Source: Takakia lepidozioides
Taxonomy: Eukaryota > Plantae > Bryophyta
Length of the DNA: 64,000 nucleotides
Assembly: GCA_030704615.1 (NCBI GenBank)
Contig: CM060732.1
Location: forward strand, 40,858,001-40,922,000
Direction of reading: 5' to 3'
Numbering within the stretch: the first letter of the stretch is position 1; every line of letters begins with the position of its first letter. The notes under the pieces were generated by a model. The model was given only the letters and a program-made list of their open reading frames with translations. It was not told where the DNA came from and made no database searches. Positions 13,170 to 25,286 of the stretch are shown piece after piece. Made by a program: the position numbers and the translations under genes.

Positions 13170-15899
13170 ATGGCTTCTCAGTCAGCTAAGCTCCTTGGAG
13201 TCCATGTGGTTGCCTTCCCCTTTCCAGCGGCAGGCCACATTGCCCCTTTCGTGCAGTTCTCGAAGATCTTGGCTGGCTATGGCATCACTGTCACCTTTGT
13301 GACCACGACTTCACATCTCTCTAGTGCGAAACGAGCCCTGATTGATGACACCGGCTTTGCGTTCAGCCACAATGTGCAATTGGTAGCCCTTGAGCTTCCT
13401 ATCCGACTTGCAATGCTAAACACCTCGAGCTTTCAGGACTTGAGAAAGGCATCGGCATCACCTGCCATGAAAGCATCATTTGAAGAACTCATAAGATCAC
13501 TGATGGACTCCCCCCGGGCTACCCTCGTAGGTCCTCCTGTATGCATCATCTCCGACATGTTCTTGGGTTGGACTCAGGTAGGTGCCTATGATTGCATCAC
13601 AAGAGAGCTTTCATTCAGGGTTGTATTTGCAGTTCCCGTGTCGAGTTCTACCACATTTGGGAGGATCTAGTGCAATGCTCTAGTAAGTGTTATGCCTGCC
13701 CATGCACATTCTCTCAGCTTGTTAATAAGCTAGCTTGATAAAGATACAATAACATATGACATTGTATGCAATCTACTACCTTAGCTTGAGTAACACTGCA
13801 AACGGAAGTTATCTATTCCATTCGATATACACCTCACCAGTGACACAACTTGAATGGCAGGTTACAGCTACCAAGTATCGGATTCCGAGATATTGTCTGT
13901 TGTCATCACCAGCACATTTTCTTTCACTGTGTTACCACTTACGTTATTTCGTTGCACAAGGTCGGATTCCTGTGACGTCAGATGAACAGGCTCCATTTGT
14001 CCTTCCAGGGTTTCCTCCCGTCAAACCTCACGATGTGTCTCCAAGCTTGCAGACGAAGTCAAGCGTTGGCTCTTTGCTGGATATCGCAGAGAGTTTACGG
14101 GAAGCTATGGGGGTGCTTGTGAATAGTATTAACGAAATGGAGTCTTCCGTAATCGAAGGCCTTCGAGATGTACTTCGAAGTGGGTCGAAGACAACTCAGG
14201 TCAGTATCTTCACATTTAACACACAGGGATATTACAGGGCAGAGTTGGAACTGGTCACTTAAACTAGGATACCCTCACACTTGACATCTGCAAGAGTCAA
14301 ATGATCTTGAAGGGCTAAATTCACCTGGGACCATGAATATAGCCACAAGTTGGCGGTGCAGGCCCTGCAGAATTCTACGTCCTCTCCCAAATCTCAACTC
14401 TAAGCTTTACATCAACACGAGAGAGTGATTCAAGAGGTCACAAACTACTGAGGACTGTTTTCTCCAGGAGGGAGATGTGTGAGAGATGCTAGCCTCCATA
14501 GACTAGGCTTAATGGATAAGCCTAGTTCTCGATGTCTCCACAATGCCTCTATCCCTTGCGGGACAGAGCCAACAAACAAAACAATGCCATTGAAAGAGCT
14601 TATTTTCTCCTCCAATAGAGACATGTTTTGTGAATAGAGGTCCCAGTTTAAGAAAGAAATGTTTCCCGTATGATGAGGTGCCAACATGCCTCATGGGCAC
14701 ATCCCAATGGGAAGAAAGAGAATATGGTAGCAGGATTCGAACCCAGAATGACATGGATGGCCTTCAGTGCATATCCAACTAACCTACCAACGTGTGGCCA
14801 GACATTGATATCTCTCAATATTTTTAGAGGGTGCCAGAGAACCACTTATGGAAGTCTTAAAAACTGACTTTTTACCAAATAAGTGCAAATTACGGCATCA
14901 CTTCACACCAGAAGATGAATTAGAACCAGTTGATGGACCTTACACAACTAATCTTAGCTTATTAGTTATGACAAATTCTCAGTGGTTCAATATGTGGGCC
15001 ACACGATTGCAGTATTTGAAGTAGACTCCTATATCTTGTTGCATAGTTTCATGGCTGCTGGCTGAGTACTTCAATTTCACATAAGATGGTAGTGGCAACT
15101 CTACAGCCGATGCCATATTATCTATATGCAATTGACCTGTTCCTTGCAGGTGCCTAGCATCTTAATGGTGGGACCCACACTATTAGATGGAAACAAGGAG
15201 AACATGTTTGACAACAGCCCATCACAAGCGAGTTCACACAAGAATGACTGCATAGACTGGTTGACCACACAGCCAACCTCATCTGTTCTGTATATCGCCT
15301 TTGGAAGCATAGCTACTCTCTCTGCCACACAGATTCATGAACTAGCTCTTGGGCTTGAGACGAGTGGGCCAAACTTTCTTTGGGTCCTAAGAGCTCCACA
15401 AGGTATTGAAGGTGACATCTCTGCCTTCCTCCCCCAAGGTTTCATGGAGAGGACTAAGAAGCAGGGATTAGTGTACTCTGCATGGGCGCCACAGTTGCAG
15501 ATCCTTGCCCATCCCGCGGTTGGAGGTTTCCTGACCCACTGTGGGTGGAACTCCACAGTGGAGAGCATTTGCATGGCCGTGCCCATGATAGCTTGGCCGA
15601 TTCGAGCTGAGCAACACATGAACAAAACACTTATTGTAGACGTACTAAATGTTGCTGTTGGGGTGCAGAGATCTGATGATGGATTGGTTAGCAAGGAGGA
15701 GGTAGAGAGGGCCGTGAGGCTTCTGATGGAAGAGGAGAGAGGAGAGATGTTAAGGAGAAATGTGAAGGATTTGAGTGCTACAGTACGAAATGCTGTAGGG
15801 CCCGGTGGCTCTTCCAAGAAGACCCGGGATTCTTTTGTAAAAATGCTCCAACTTTTGCAGTCTCAGTCATCTTCATCTTCAGTGATGTGCGGTGACTGA
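13170..15899 (+). CDS. Family-1 UDP-glycosyltransferase, 498 aa; exons 13170-13577, 13861-14199, 15150-15899
   Basis: HVVAFPFPAAGH (catalytic His), CIISDMF (catalytic Asp) and a full PSPG box WAPQLQILAHPAVGGFLTHCGWNSTVESICMAVPMIAWPIRAEQ. Two phase-0 GT-AG introns give an uninterrupted frame. Confidence 0.93.
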
Positions 15900-16029
15900 G
15901 AGTGTTTTGCCCGATTTTATTGGCTAGCCCGAATTAATATTGGGTTGTCGGCTGCCAACTGCATTTATAGGATCGACAGTGTAACAAGTCGTACCTAGTG
16001 GACAATTTGAGCTTGTACGTACAAACACT

Positions 16030-16445
16030 GAACTTTTGCGAGTCGGCGAGAAAGAATTGTTACGTGTGGTGTATTGCCAACCTGTTTTCAGCTACATCGA
16101 CGATGCAACAAGCGTATCTTACCCCCTCATGCAAAAGTTCAGGGAAGTGTTGGTGCAATATGCTCTCGAAAACCCCAAAAACGAGAAACTGGAATCCACC
16201 TCTGTAGTCCACAGGATTTCCATCTTTGAAGAGAATGCAAAGGTACCTCTAGTCCGTGAGGCCTACGATAACAAGGGATACCCCCAGAACCGGATTGAGA
16301 AGTGCAGATCGTATCCCCTCTACAAGTTTGTGCGGTCAGAAGTGTGTCTCCTGGCCAAGAGATTGAGAAGGTGTATGTGGCCATCTCAGAGGGAAAACTA
16401 GTGGCTCCTCTCCTCAAGTGTGTTGAAGGCTGGACTGGAACTGCG
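16030..16445 (+). pseudogene. PAL: Phenylalanine ammonia-lyase C-terminal fragment
   Basis: EKELLRVV..QPVFSYIDD..SYPLMQK.R.VLV..AL...RIS.FEE...NRIEKCRSYPLYKFVRSE / SPG.EIEKVYVAISEGKLVAPLLKC.EGW matches the PAL C-terminus. It has deletions and a frameshift and lacks the 5' part. Confidence 0.88.
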
Positions 16446-18174
16446 TGTCATCCTGGCAACATATTCCTGAGTGAACGCCATATAAAGGGGAGGTGTCCTG
16501 CATCTGCAGAAATGGAGCGAAGATACTGCGTTTTGTCGACGGCTACATTGTACATGTACACACTCCACAACGGAGAGATCCAAAGCCTTTCCGCGTGTAG
16601 TCGATTGGGTCGACATGGCAATCATATCTACCCAAGTCCAGCTATAGGCCCGAATGTTGATCGTTAAGCAACCCTGTCTGTCGACAGGTACTCTGCATGA
16701 ACAAAGAAACTAGTACAAAAGGCTGCTCAAGGTTTGAGCACTATATAATTTCTCCTTTGATATTCCCACTTTTGTCCCAGGTAAAGATACGTACATATGC
16801 CCACATGGTGACGGAGTAAATTTTTCCACTGGAGAAATCAAAGATGGTGCTCTTTCCCACTTGGTGAAGAGTTACATTTTTCCATGTCTTATTGGTCACA
16901 AGGGAATGGTAGTACCTTTTTCCAAATGGTTTACTCCACTCCAACAGGGAATGAAACATTCCGCACATGAATTGTTCCAAAAATTTGATTTTCTAAATTT
17001 CTATCGTACTTCCTATATACATCGTTTGCACCACAGTTCCGGACAATCATGGTGGCCACTCCTCGATCAGGCTGATCAGGCTGGACATATGGCACTGCTC
17101 CATACATGCCCCCTGCTTGTTGGTACCTTCCCAATCCCAGCTCGTCTGCCTTTGGAGAATTGGCACCATTGGAATGAATCAGAGATAACCTGGCTGAGTT
17201 TCCATGCATTTTCGCTACAAATGTAAGTAGCCTGGTTTTACATTATCTGGTAGGGTAATGCTGTGAAGATGGGAAAAGAAATATAGAGGACACAAAATTG
17301 CCGGCCCTGGCCACCAAGCCCTGATTTCTAGGAAAAACCCACCAAAAGTAGACGTCAAATTATCCGACCGAGGCTCCCTTTCTTGTAACTTGAAAATCCA
17401 AATCTTACTCCGCATCTTTCATTTAGTTTTTGCCTCTCTGCAATTCACAATCTGGAAGCCCAAGTAAAAAGAGGGAATTAATTAAAAAGAAACCAAGAAG
17501 GAGCAGAAAGAATCTATATGATAGGGAGAACTCTTCACAACATACCATGGTTAAATGACATACAATTCCTTACCAATAAAGCTGAAGATTAATAGAAGTT
17601 GTACCTTACCAGAGCCTCCCTTCCCCATTCAACAATTCTGCATGTTTTAAAAGAGACTGCATGCTTTCCAATGGCATATTGTATCACATCAATTGAATTG
17701 TTCCAAGACTTAATGTTTCTTGTCCACATCTATCACTGTCCCAAGCATCTTGTAGGTTACTGATGTGGGCTAGCTGTCCTACACCTGTTCGACAAATTCA
17801 TGCACTATGGAGGGGAGAAGTGGACATTTTCCCATATCAAACAAATGTTAAGGTCCCTGCATCTATTTCAAAAGTGACTATGTACTACACTGAATTGTCC
17901 ATTACTTGTGCATTACTAAGATGTATTTTCCCATATCCTCTCGGGTCCACATTGAGAAGTGAAATCCGATTAGAACTCATGACCCACTTCACCACTCCAT
18001 CTAAATCATCCAACCTTCGCATTGCCAAGGGCTTCTTCTTATCCTTATGCTTCACTTTAGCATGGGATGGCAACTGCCAACTGCGTTACAAATGCAGAAA
18101 TACCAGGAAGGACCTCATGCATCTTTCCCAACCCCACATGCATTGTCATTGCTTTCTAATTTGAATGGAGAAAG

Positions 18175-18200
18175 TGTTAGTTTAGAGGATGACGCAACCA
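18175..18200 (+). repeat. Stub of the Copia 5' LTR
   Basis: TGTTAGTTTAGAG-GATGACGCAACCA matches the start of the 3' LTR at 26829, apart from a 3-bp gap. It is cut off by element C. Confidence 0.7.
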
Positions 18201-18450
18201 ACGGAAAACATGGACGGTACTTCAAAGTGATTGTTGTGAAGCGTAAAATAGTGTGCTTCGAAGCACACCCTTTTTGCCCCACCCAAAAGGATCTTTTGAG
18301 GTGTTTTCAGACAACAACAGAAAACATAGAGGGTACTTCCAAGTGATTGCTGTGAAGCATAAAATGGTGTGCTTCGAAGCACACCGTTTTTGCCCCATCC
18401 AAAAGGCTCTTTTCGATCTCTTCAGACAACAACAGAAAACATGGACGACA
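18201..18450. repeat. Two 116-bp tandem units, each with palindrome GTGTGCTTCGAAGCACAC
   Basis: Palindromes start at 18251 and 18367; the GGTACTTC unit marker is at 18216 and 18332. Confidence 0.85.
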
Positions 18451-18559
18451 CTTGATTGTTGTGAAGCAACAAAAAGCACGGAGGGTACTTAAAGGGATTG
18501 AACACATAGCATAAATTGTTTGATGGGAACCATACAATGGAACAATGCCAAACAGAATT

Positions 18560-19075
18560 CAAGCTTATAGAATTTGAAGCATACAATGGCCAACAGCCAT
18601 GATGCTTACTCACAAAAACATTTGTCTTGTCTTAACATAAACGTAATACAAATGTTTGCAAGGGACAAATTTGCCTCTTTTCCCCAAACTGGTGGAGAGC
18701 ATGCTTACAAAATCAGGACATGTGCAATTTGGGAAATCCGACGCTGTAATTTCGCAGGCCCTGTCATGCATAGCAGATGTTAATGTCACGAGTGTGTATA
18801 CCCGACCGTGTCCCAGTCCCAGAACCTCCATAGTACCTGTGACCCGAGCATGCAGCATCCGAGCAGATTCCACCTTGTCAAAGTGCTCTGCAGTTGATTC
18901 GAAACGACGAACGCCCGTGCCATTCCGTTCGGTGGGGTGCAGGTGAGCTCCAGGAGGAGACACCCAAAAACCACGCGGTCTTGATAAACTTGCCGGTACA
19001 GTGGCCATTCTTGCAAGTGTGAAACCTGCATCCTTAAGCATTGCAATTTCCTGGCTGCTGAGATTTGTGCACATC
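18560..19075 (-). pseudogene. C-terminal SWIM region of a GCM-MULE transposase (element C)
   Basis: TNLSSQEIAML..AGF.L...HPTERNG..VR.F...KVESARML.ARV...G.GRVYT...FPNCTCPDFV....GKRGKFVPCKH aligns with the ends of ORFs 60283-61515 and 2103-4148. Confidence 0.88.
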
Positions 19076-19130
19076 TTGGATCGAGGATGCAGGAAAGAGG
19101 GAAGAATATGGATTCAAACCAAGCTGATAG

Positions 19131-19833
19131 GGTGTGCGGCATCGCACACCATTTTTGCTCCTCTCAAAATGATTGTTTTGGATGTCGGATTACAAAGTCA
19201 ATTGTCGGTTGTCAGTGGTCGGTGGTCTCCCTCCTGAAAAGGTGTGCGGTACCGCACACCATATCTGCCCATTAAAAAGCACATAAAACTTGGCCCCACA
19301 CACCCTTCAAAATGATTATTTTGGATGTCGGATTGCAAAATCGGTTGTCGGTTGTTTCCCTCCTGAAAGGGTGTGTGGCACTACACACCATATCTGCCCA
19401 TTGAAAAGCACATAAAACTTGGCCCCAACAAGCTCATAGAAAAGGTTCCATGGAGTTTTGAAGGAATGAAAAAAGCATGCAGAAATGATGTGCGGTGCCG
19501 CACACCCTTCAACCTCTCTCTGAATGTGCGCTTAGGCAGGAAGGGTAGGGCTGAGGCATGAAAGGGTGTGCGGTGGTGTCCCTGCTAAAAGGGTGTGCGG
19601 CACCACACAGCATTTGTGCCCTTTGAAAAGCACATAGTTCGAGACCCCATGAAGGTCATGTACAAGGTTCCATGGAGTGTTGAATGGAGGAAAAATGGAT
19701 GTTGAGAAGGTGTGCGGAGCTGCACACCGTTTAACCTCCCTTTGAATGTATGCTTAGACCAAAAGGGTAGGAATGGAGGCTGCTTGTGGGGGTTCAGAAC
19801 ATTGTAGGAAAGTGGTGTGTGGCACCACACACC
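19131..19833. repeat. Seven degenerate GTGTGCG-N4-CGCACAC palindromes spaced 105-129 bp apart
   Basis: Starts at 19132, 19242, 19371, 19488, 19593, 19710 and 19815. Many deviations are CG>TG/CA changes. Confidence 0.85.
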
Positions 19834-19877
19834 ATCTCTGCACTTTGGGAACTGACCTGTCTGTTTGAACAATGTAG

Positions 19878-20084
19878 GGGAAGATGAAGCAAGTGGTTGT
19901 CGAGAACCCACTTGACGACACAGAGGACATCGTCAATCAGACGGAGGTCATAGAGGATGATGTGGACGATACGTTCTACGAAAGCAGGGCCACGCAGGTG
20001 ATGGGGAGCCAGAAGGTGAACTCACAACTTGTAGTAAACCGCATGGTTGTACCATGAGGGAGGTTGAGGATTCCGCTTTGTAGG
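19878..20084 (+). pseudogene. Truncated exon homologous to the N-terminal ParB-like exon of the element B accessory gene
   Basis: After the acceptor TGTAG: GKMKQ...DVDDTFYESRATQVMGSQKVNSQLVVNRMVVP*GRLRIPLCR. Element B reads EKMQS...DVDDEFYESKAAEMLGGQKVNSQLVVQSMLAPGGRLKIPLCR. Not in the ORF track because of the stop. Confidence 0.9.
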
Positions 20085-21788
20085 CATAGGGGATTTGAAT
20101 TTGCACGGTGTGCTTGCCATTGTTGCAAAAATGGGACTTCGGTCTGCGTGTTGTATCCATGCTCGTTGGGAGCCGGCATACCGAACATTTGTTCAATTTG
20201 TAGGCATCGCTAACAAGAAAGTAGCATTCTTGCAGGGTAGCTAAAGCTCCATAGCCAAGCATGCAATCACGCTCCATCTACCCTAACTTCATCCCCCCAA
20301 AACTGTTACAATCCTTTATGGATTGTCGGAGGAGGAGATTCACTAGCCCACCATAGCCACGGTAATTGATTTTATCTTCGACCATGTGATGTACTCGTTG
20401 ATAAAATGTCAGACCAGCCGACAACTGGCATGTAGGGAAATCCCACTAGCGGTTATAAGTGCCATCCGTGGAAATAGATACAGTACCTTTTATAAAAGAC
20501 CTTGAGGCAGCCACCACTCACGTGAGCACTGCTCACAATCTAGCATTCCCTCAAATTAGTCTTAACTAAAACTTTGTGTAGCACTGCTCCAAAGCTATTT
20601 TCTGTCATTTCTGTCTAGAATATTATACTAGTCCAGTAGTAGTTCTAGTTTTCTGTCATTTATGTCTAGAATATTATACTAATCCAGTAGTAGTTCTTCA
20701 TCATGTCGTCTGGACAAGGGTTGGAGAACCATGGGGTGGACAAGGGTTAGAGAACCATGGGGGAGAAGTCTCAAAGACTACCAAGTTAGTTGGATAATCT
20801 AACTTTGTTGTGTGGAAATCCAAAGTCCACAATCTGTTGCTAAGAGATGAAATTGCTCATACTGTCGAGGAAGATTTTGTGGTCACCGATAGGGCAGTGT
20901 TCCAGAGACAGAAACATAGAGCACTTAGCATCATAAATATTAAATCTTTCAGTTTCTGACAAGATTATTCAATCCATCGAAGACATGACTGACCCAAAAG
21001 TTGTCTGGGATTATTTGTCTAGCATCTACGAGGTCAAGACTAACTCTAGGAGGCTCATGCTTCGTAAGAAACTCACGATGCTCAAGAAAGATGATGACAT
21101 TCCAATGGAAACTTTTATTGAGACAGTCACTGATTTAACAAACCAGCTAGCTGGTTTTGGTGAGGTCATCGATGATGATATCATCGTAGAGATGGTCTTG
21201 AATGCCTTGCCTGATTTGTATGATCATTACACACAAGCTATTATGACTCACAGGGAGATGCTTCTCTTGAAGAATTGACAACTATGTTGCTGCATGAGGA
21301 GAACCTACGAGAGCTCAAGAACATCAACAAGAAGTCATTGAACAACGAAGACAAGGCCTTATGCCAGGTGAAATTCAAGAAATTCCACCAGAGGGAAGGA
21401 GATCGCAGCTTTGGAGGCAGTACAAGGTCGTAGAAGAAGAAATTGCCCTACAACTGCAATAGATGTGGAAAAGCGGGTCATTGGGCCAAACATTGTATAG
21501 TTCCCTACGAGGAGATCATGAGAAACCGCTTGATCCAACAAGCCAATATGATGAAAAATAATCAAGACAGTCATGATTCTGAAGATGGAGACAAGTTAGA
21601 CACTGCCCACATGTTGGAGGTTGCAATAGCCTCGATGGATTCAGAGAAAGACACGGATTGGTATGTAGACTCCTACGCTAGCAAACATGTGTTTGGAAAC
21701 AAATTCATACTCCATGACATAGAAACACCTGCCAATATGTCTACGGTACGTTCTGCTGGGAGACAACACCACAATGTTGTAGGGTGAA

Positions 21789-23297
21789 TGCAGGGTTGAC
21801 TAGACCAAAATGGACATTACCAACACAGTTTTAGATGACTGCAATTGATGGTGCCATCAATTGAAATTGAATTAACTCATTAAAACCAGCAACTATATAT
21901 GTCATTGGATTCCTAGCTTCAATACGCACCCATAGCAACTCTCAAATCATGAATCCGATAAGAAATGACTCCGCTATGGACTTTTGAACACCGTCATTGT
22001 GGACTGTTACCGCAATGAATGGAATTAGAATGGACTCAAGTTCTCCTATGTGCCATTAGTGAATTCCATTGAAATTTGGACATAAGGTGGCCATTTTGGT
22101 CCACATCATAGGTATGGATTTGAAGTGGCAAAATCATTTGTCATTTGACTTATATAGACTAATGTATGTAAAAAATAGACGTTTTTTGAAAAGTCCATAG
22201 CTTATCTTGTTTTTTTGGATTTTGGGTATCATTGTTTTTCTAGGAATATAAAAACCTATAATCTTCAATGGCTAGGTGTCATATTGAATTTTTTTTGTAA
22301 ACTCTAATTTTTAGTTTTTCATAATTTCTCTAAATAATATACTAAAATATTTAATGAATTATATCTTTAATATTTGGGGTAGGACTCTTTACTAAATATG
22401 TTCAGTATACCATTATCTATCATTAAAAAAACAATTTGGGATAATATCCTCAACTTTTGTTTTTTGGTCATGGACTTTCATGGAGCAGGATCTGCCGTTT
22501 TTGGTCCACTCAACCCTGCAACTGCCCTGCAGGCAAAGGCGAGGGCAAAGACCATGCTAAACTTCAACTCCCGAGTGGAGCAATAAAACGCATCACAGAT
22601 TCTCTATGTGCCGGGAGTAAAGAAGAACCTGAGGGTGATTGCAGCCTACAGTGTCCATTTTTTGCTGTCACAGCACTGTTTTTTCCAGACATAGAATAGT
22701 GGTAAATTATCATACTCCTCCTGTCTACATGAGAATGCCATCAATAAAAATGGACACTGTAGAGGCTCATCTATATATACTTTCACTCTTTCAAATCTCA
22801 TTATAAAAAACCAGAGTCTCTAGGTGCTATGGATTTTTAAAAAGTCCATAAGGAATTGTCACACTCCATAAAAAAAGATAATACGGATTTTTTTAATATA
22901 TAAGTTAGAACAAAGTCAAGAAATTGGACTCTCTCAAACTTGCTTTGGAGAATGAGGAATCTGGAATGAAAACTATCATTCAAAAATATGAAGTTAAAAA
23001 AAATTATGTAATATTTTGAGCCTAAAAAATAGCTATTTTCATAAAGTTCATTATGACTAAATTCTTTCAAAATAACATACTTTTTTCATTAGATGCATTT
23101 ATTCACCATAAATGCACAATTGAGTATGATCAAATTTTAATAAAATATTTGTGAATTGATATTATTGCAATTTGAAAATCTTGGTTTTAACAGTCAATAA
23201 TAGACGGTCAAGATTGTCCATTGAAGCAAATCCGATGGTTGAGGATTCGCCTTTATGTACTCTTTATGTACTCATGATCTGCCGTTTTTGGTCCACT
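21789..23297. mobile_element. AT-rich non-autonomous DNA-element insertion in the Copia protease region
   Basis: Inverted termini TGCAGGGTTGACTAGACCAAAA (21789) and TTTTGGTCCACTCAACCCTGCA (to 22520). A second copy of GATCTGCCGTTTTTGGTCCACTC lies at 23276-23298. The Copia frame resumes at SLQSQLMSVGAL. No TSD found. Confidence 0.6.
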
Positions 23298-24800
23298 CTA
23301 GTTTGCAATCGCAGCTGATGTCAGTTGGTGCTCTAACTGACTCTGGTCATCTAGGATTGTTTAGTTCTAGAAAATGTTTGTTCACAGATAAGGCTCATCC
23401 TCATACTATTCGGTTTACATGAATCAGAGATCCCAAAAACAACCTTTACAAGATTCAATCTCACTGTCTCAAAACAGACAATACTGAGGCATTAGCTGAT
23501 CTTGTAGAGCACGAAGATGATGCTAGACTCTGGCATAGAAGACTAGGACATCTAAATTATCATGGACTACATTTTCTTTCAAACAACAACAAAGCTACTG
23601 GCATTCCACGACTGCTACTTCTCAATGAGATTTGTAGTGCTTGTCTTATGGGGAGACAACATCGTGAACGGTTTCCACAAGAAGCTCAACACCGAGCAAC
23701 AAAGATTTTGGAGCTGGTGCGGATTTATGTGGTCCACTGCCGATTGCATCGTCATCTGACTCCAAATATTTTATGGCTATCACAGATGACTTTAGTCGTT
23801 TCACGTGGGTGTACTTCATGAAGAAAAAACATCAGGCTTTTCTTCACTTCAAAACGTTCAAAGCTATGATAAAAAATGCAACCTCTCAATCCATCGTTAA
23901 ACTTCGTACTGACAAGGGGGGGGGGGGATTTATGTCGTATGATTTCACAAACTTTTTGGCTGGAAAGGGCATCCAACGTCAACTGACTCAACCCCTATAT
24001 GCCACAACAAAATGGCTTTACAGAACAGAAAAACATGACACTATTGAAGCATGATAGGACCTTGATGCTAGACAAGGGGCTTCCCAAATATATTTGGTCG
24101 GAAGCAGTGAACATAGCAACCTACCTGTTAAATCAATCTCCTTCAAAAGGCAAATTCTAGCACCACACCATATGAACTTTTCTTAGGCACACTGCCAGAT
24201 CAAAGCCATCTACGAGTATTTGGAAGTTTAGTTTATGTGCATGTTGACAAGCACAACAGAAGCAAACTGGACTCTAAATCAGAACAATGTGTACTAGTTG
24301 GCTATGAAACAGTAACCAAAGACTACAAGTTATATAATCAGACCACTAGGAAAGATTTCATCAGCACGGACGTTCATTTTGATGAACAAGATATTTGCAC
24401 CTCAACGCCACAGTCATATCCAGCGCAGATGCCCATAACTTTGAGGATGACTTTGATGAACTCACACGGCCATTTCAGAACATTCCTATAGAGGAGCCTA
24501 AGAGGAGCCTACCTCACCAAAAGTAATCAACTTGCATCTGCCAATTCACAATGAGTTGGGTTCCTGTTGGGTTTGAGGGAGGATATCAATCCTCAAGCAA
24601 ACAGTCGTGGAGCAAATGATCAAGGAGGGCCTGCTGTTGTTCCAGAACTCGCAAGGCCTCATAGAGTGAAGAAACGACCAGTTCGTCCAGCAGACTACAA
24701 AGTTAATCTGATAGAGGAACCATCTTACGAACCTACCAATTTCAAAGAGGCATGCAAAATTTTTGGATGGAGGGATGTCATTCAACAAGAGCTTGATTCT

Positions 24801-25286
24801 GACAAAGAAATATCCGAATGGGCATGAATTTTTGGACTACATCGATAAGGAATGGCGCCCTAAAATAGCAATGTGGTGTACAGCCGCTCGCCATGTTCTG
24901 CATGCCAGTCATGACACAAACGCTAGCATCGAGGCATACCATGGAAACTTGAATGCAAGACTGAGGATGGGGAAAGGCAAAATGACTGGGCGTAGAGTGG
25001 ATTGGCTTATATGGGAACTCACAGGCTCTGTGCTAACACACTACTGGTATGCAATTCACCTGAAGACGCATGGATTCATAAGGAATGACAAACAGGAGAA
25101 ATACATGTCCAGTTCTGTGCTTGCGGCACGCAACATACCAGCTTGCAATGTCACTCTTCCGTTCCATCCTGGGCAACCAGCCTATATTCTAATCACCAAT
25201 CACCCAAACACAACTTACATTGTTTACAACCCCGGATGCGAATGGGCTTGCCCATAGGCAATGAAGGGCAATTTGTGCAAGCATAA
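24801..25286 (+). other. 486-bp internal MULE transposase fragment inserted into Copia pol
   Basis: Copia ELDS|INKNHTWMLVDLP is split exactly by FLDYIDKEW...DTNASIEAYH...GRRVDWLI...TTYIVYNPGCEWACP*AMKGNLCKH. No TIR or TSD. Confidence 0.85.

Larger units (their letters stand above)
18201..20275 (-). mobile_element. Internally deleted relative (element C) of MULE element B; boundaries approximate
   Basis: Transposase C-terminus on the minus strand, palindrome arrays, and the ParB-gene exon on the plus strand, in the same divergent layout as 50467-62035. Confidence 0.8.

Noticed and set aside
20451-20464. Copia primer-binding site (GGTTATAAGTGCCA)
   Set aside because: Only a loose match to the half-tRNA-Met PBS, and the preceding sequence does not match the 3' LTR.
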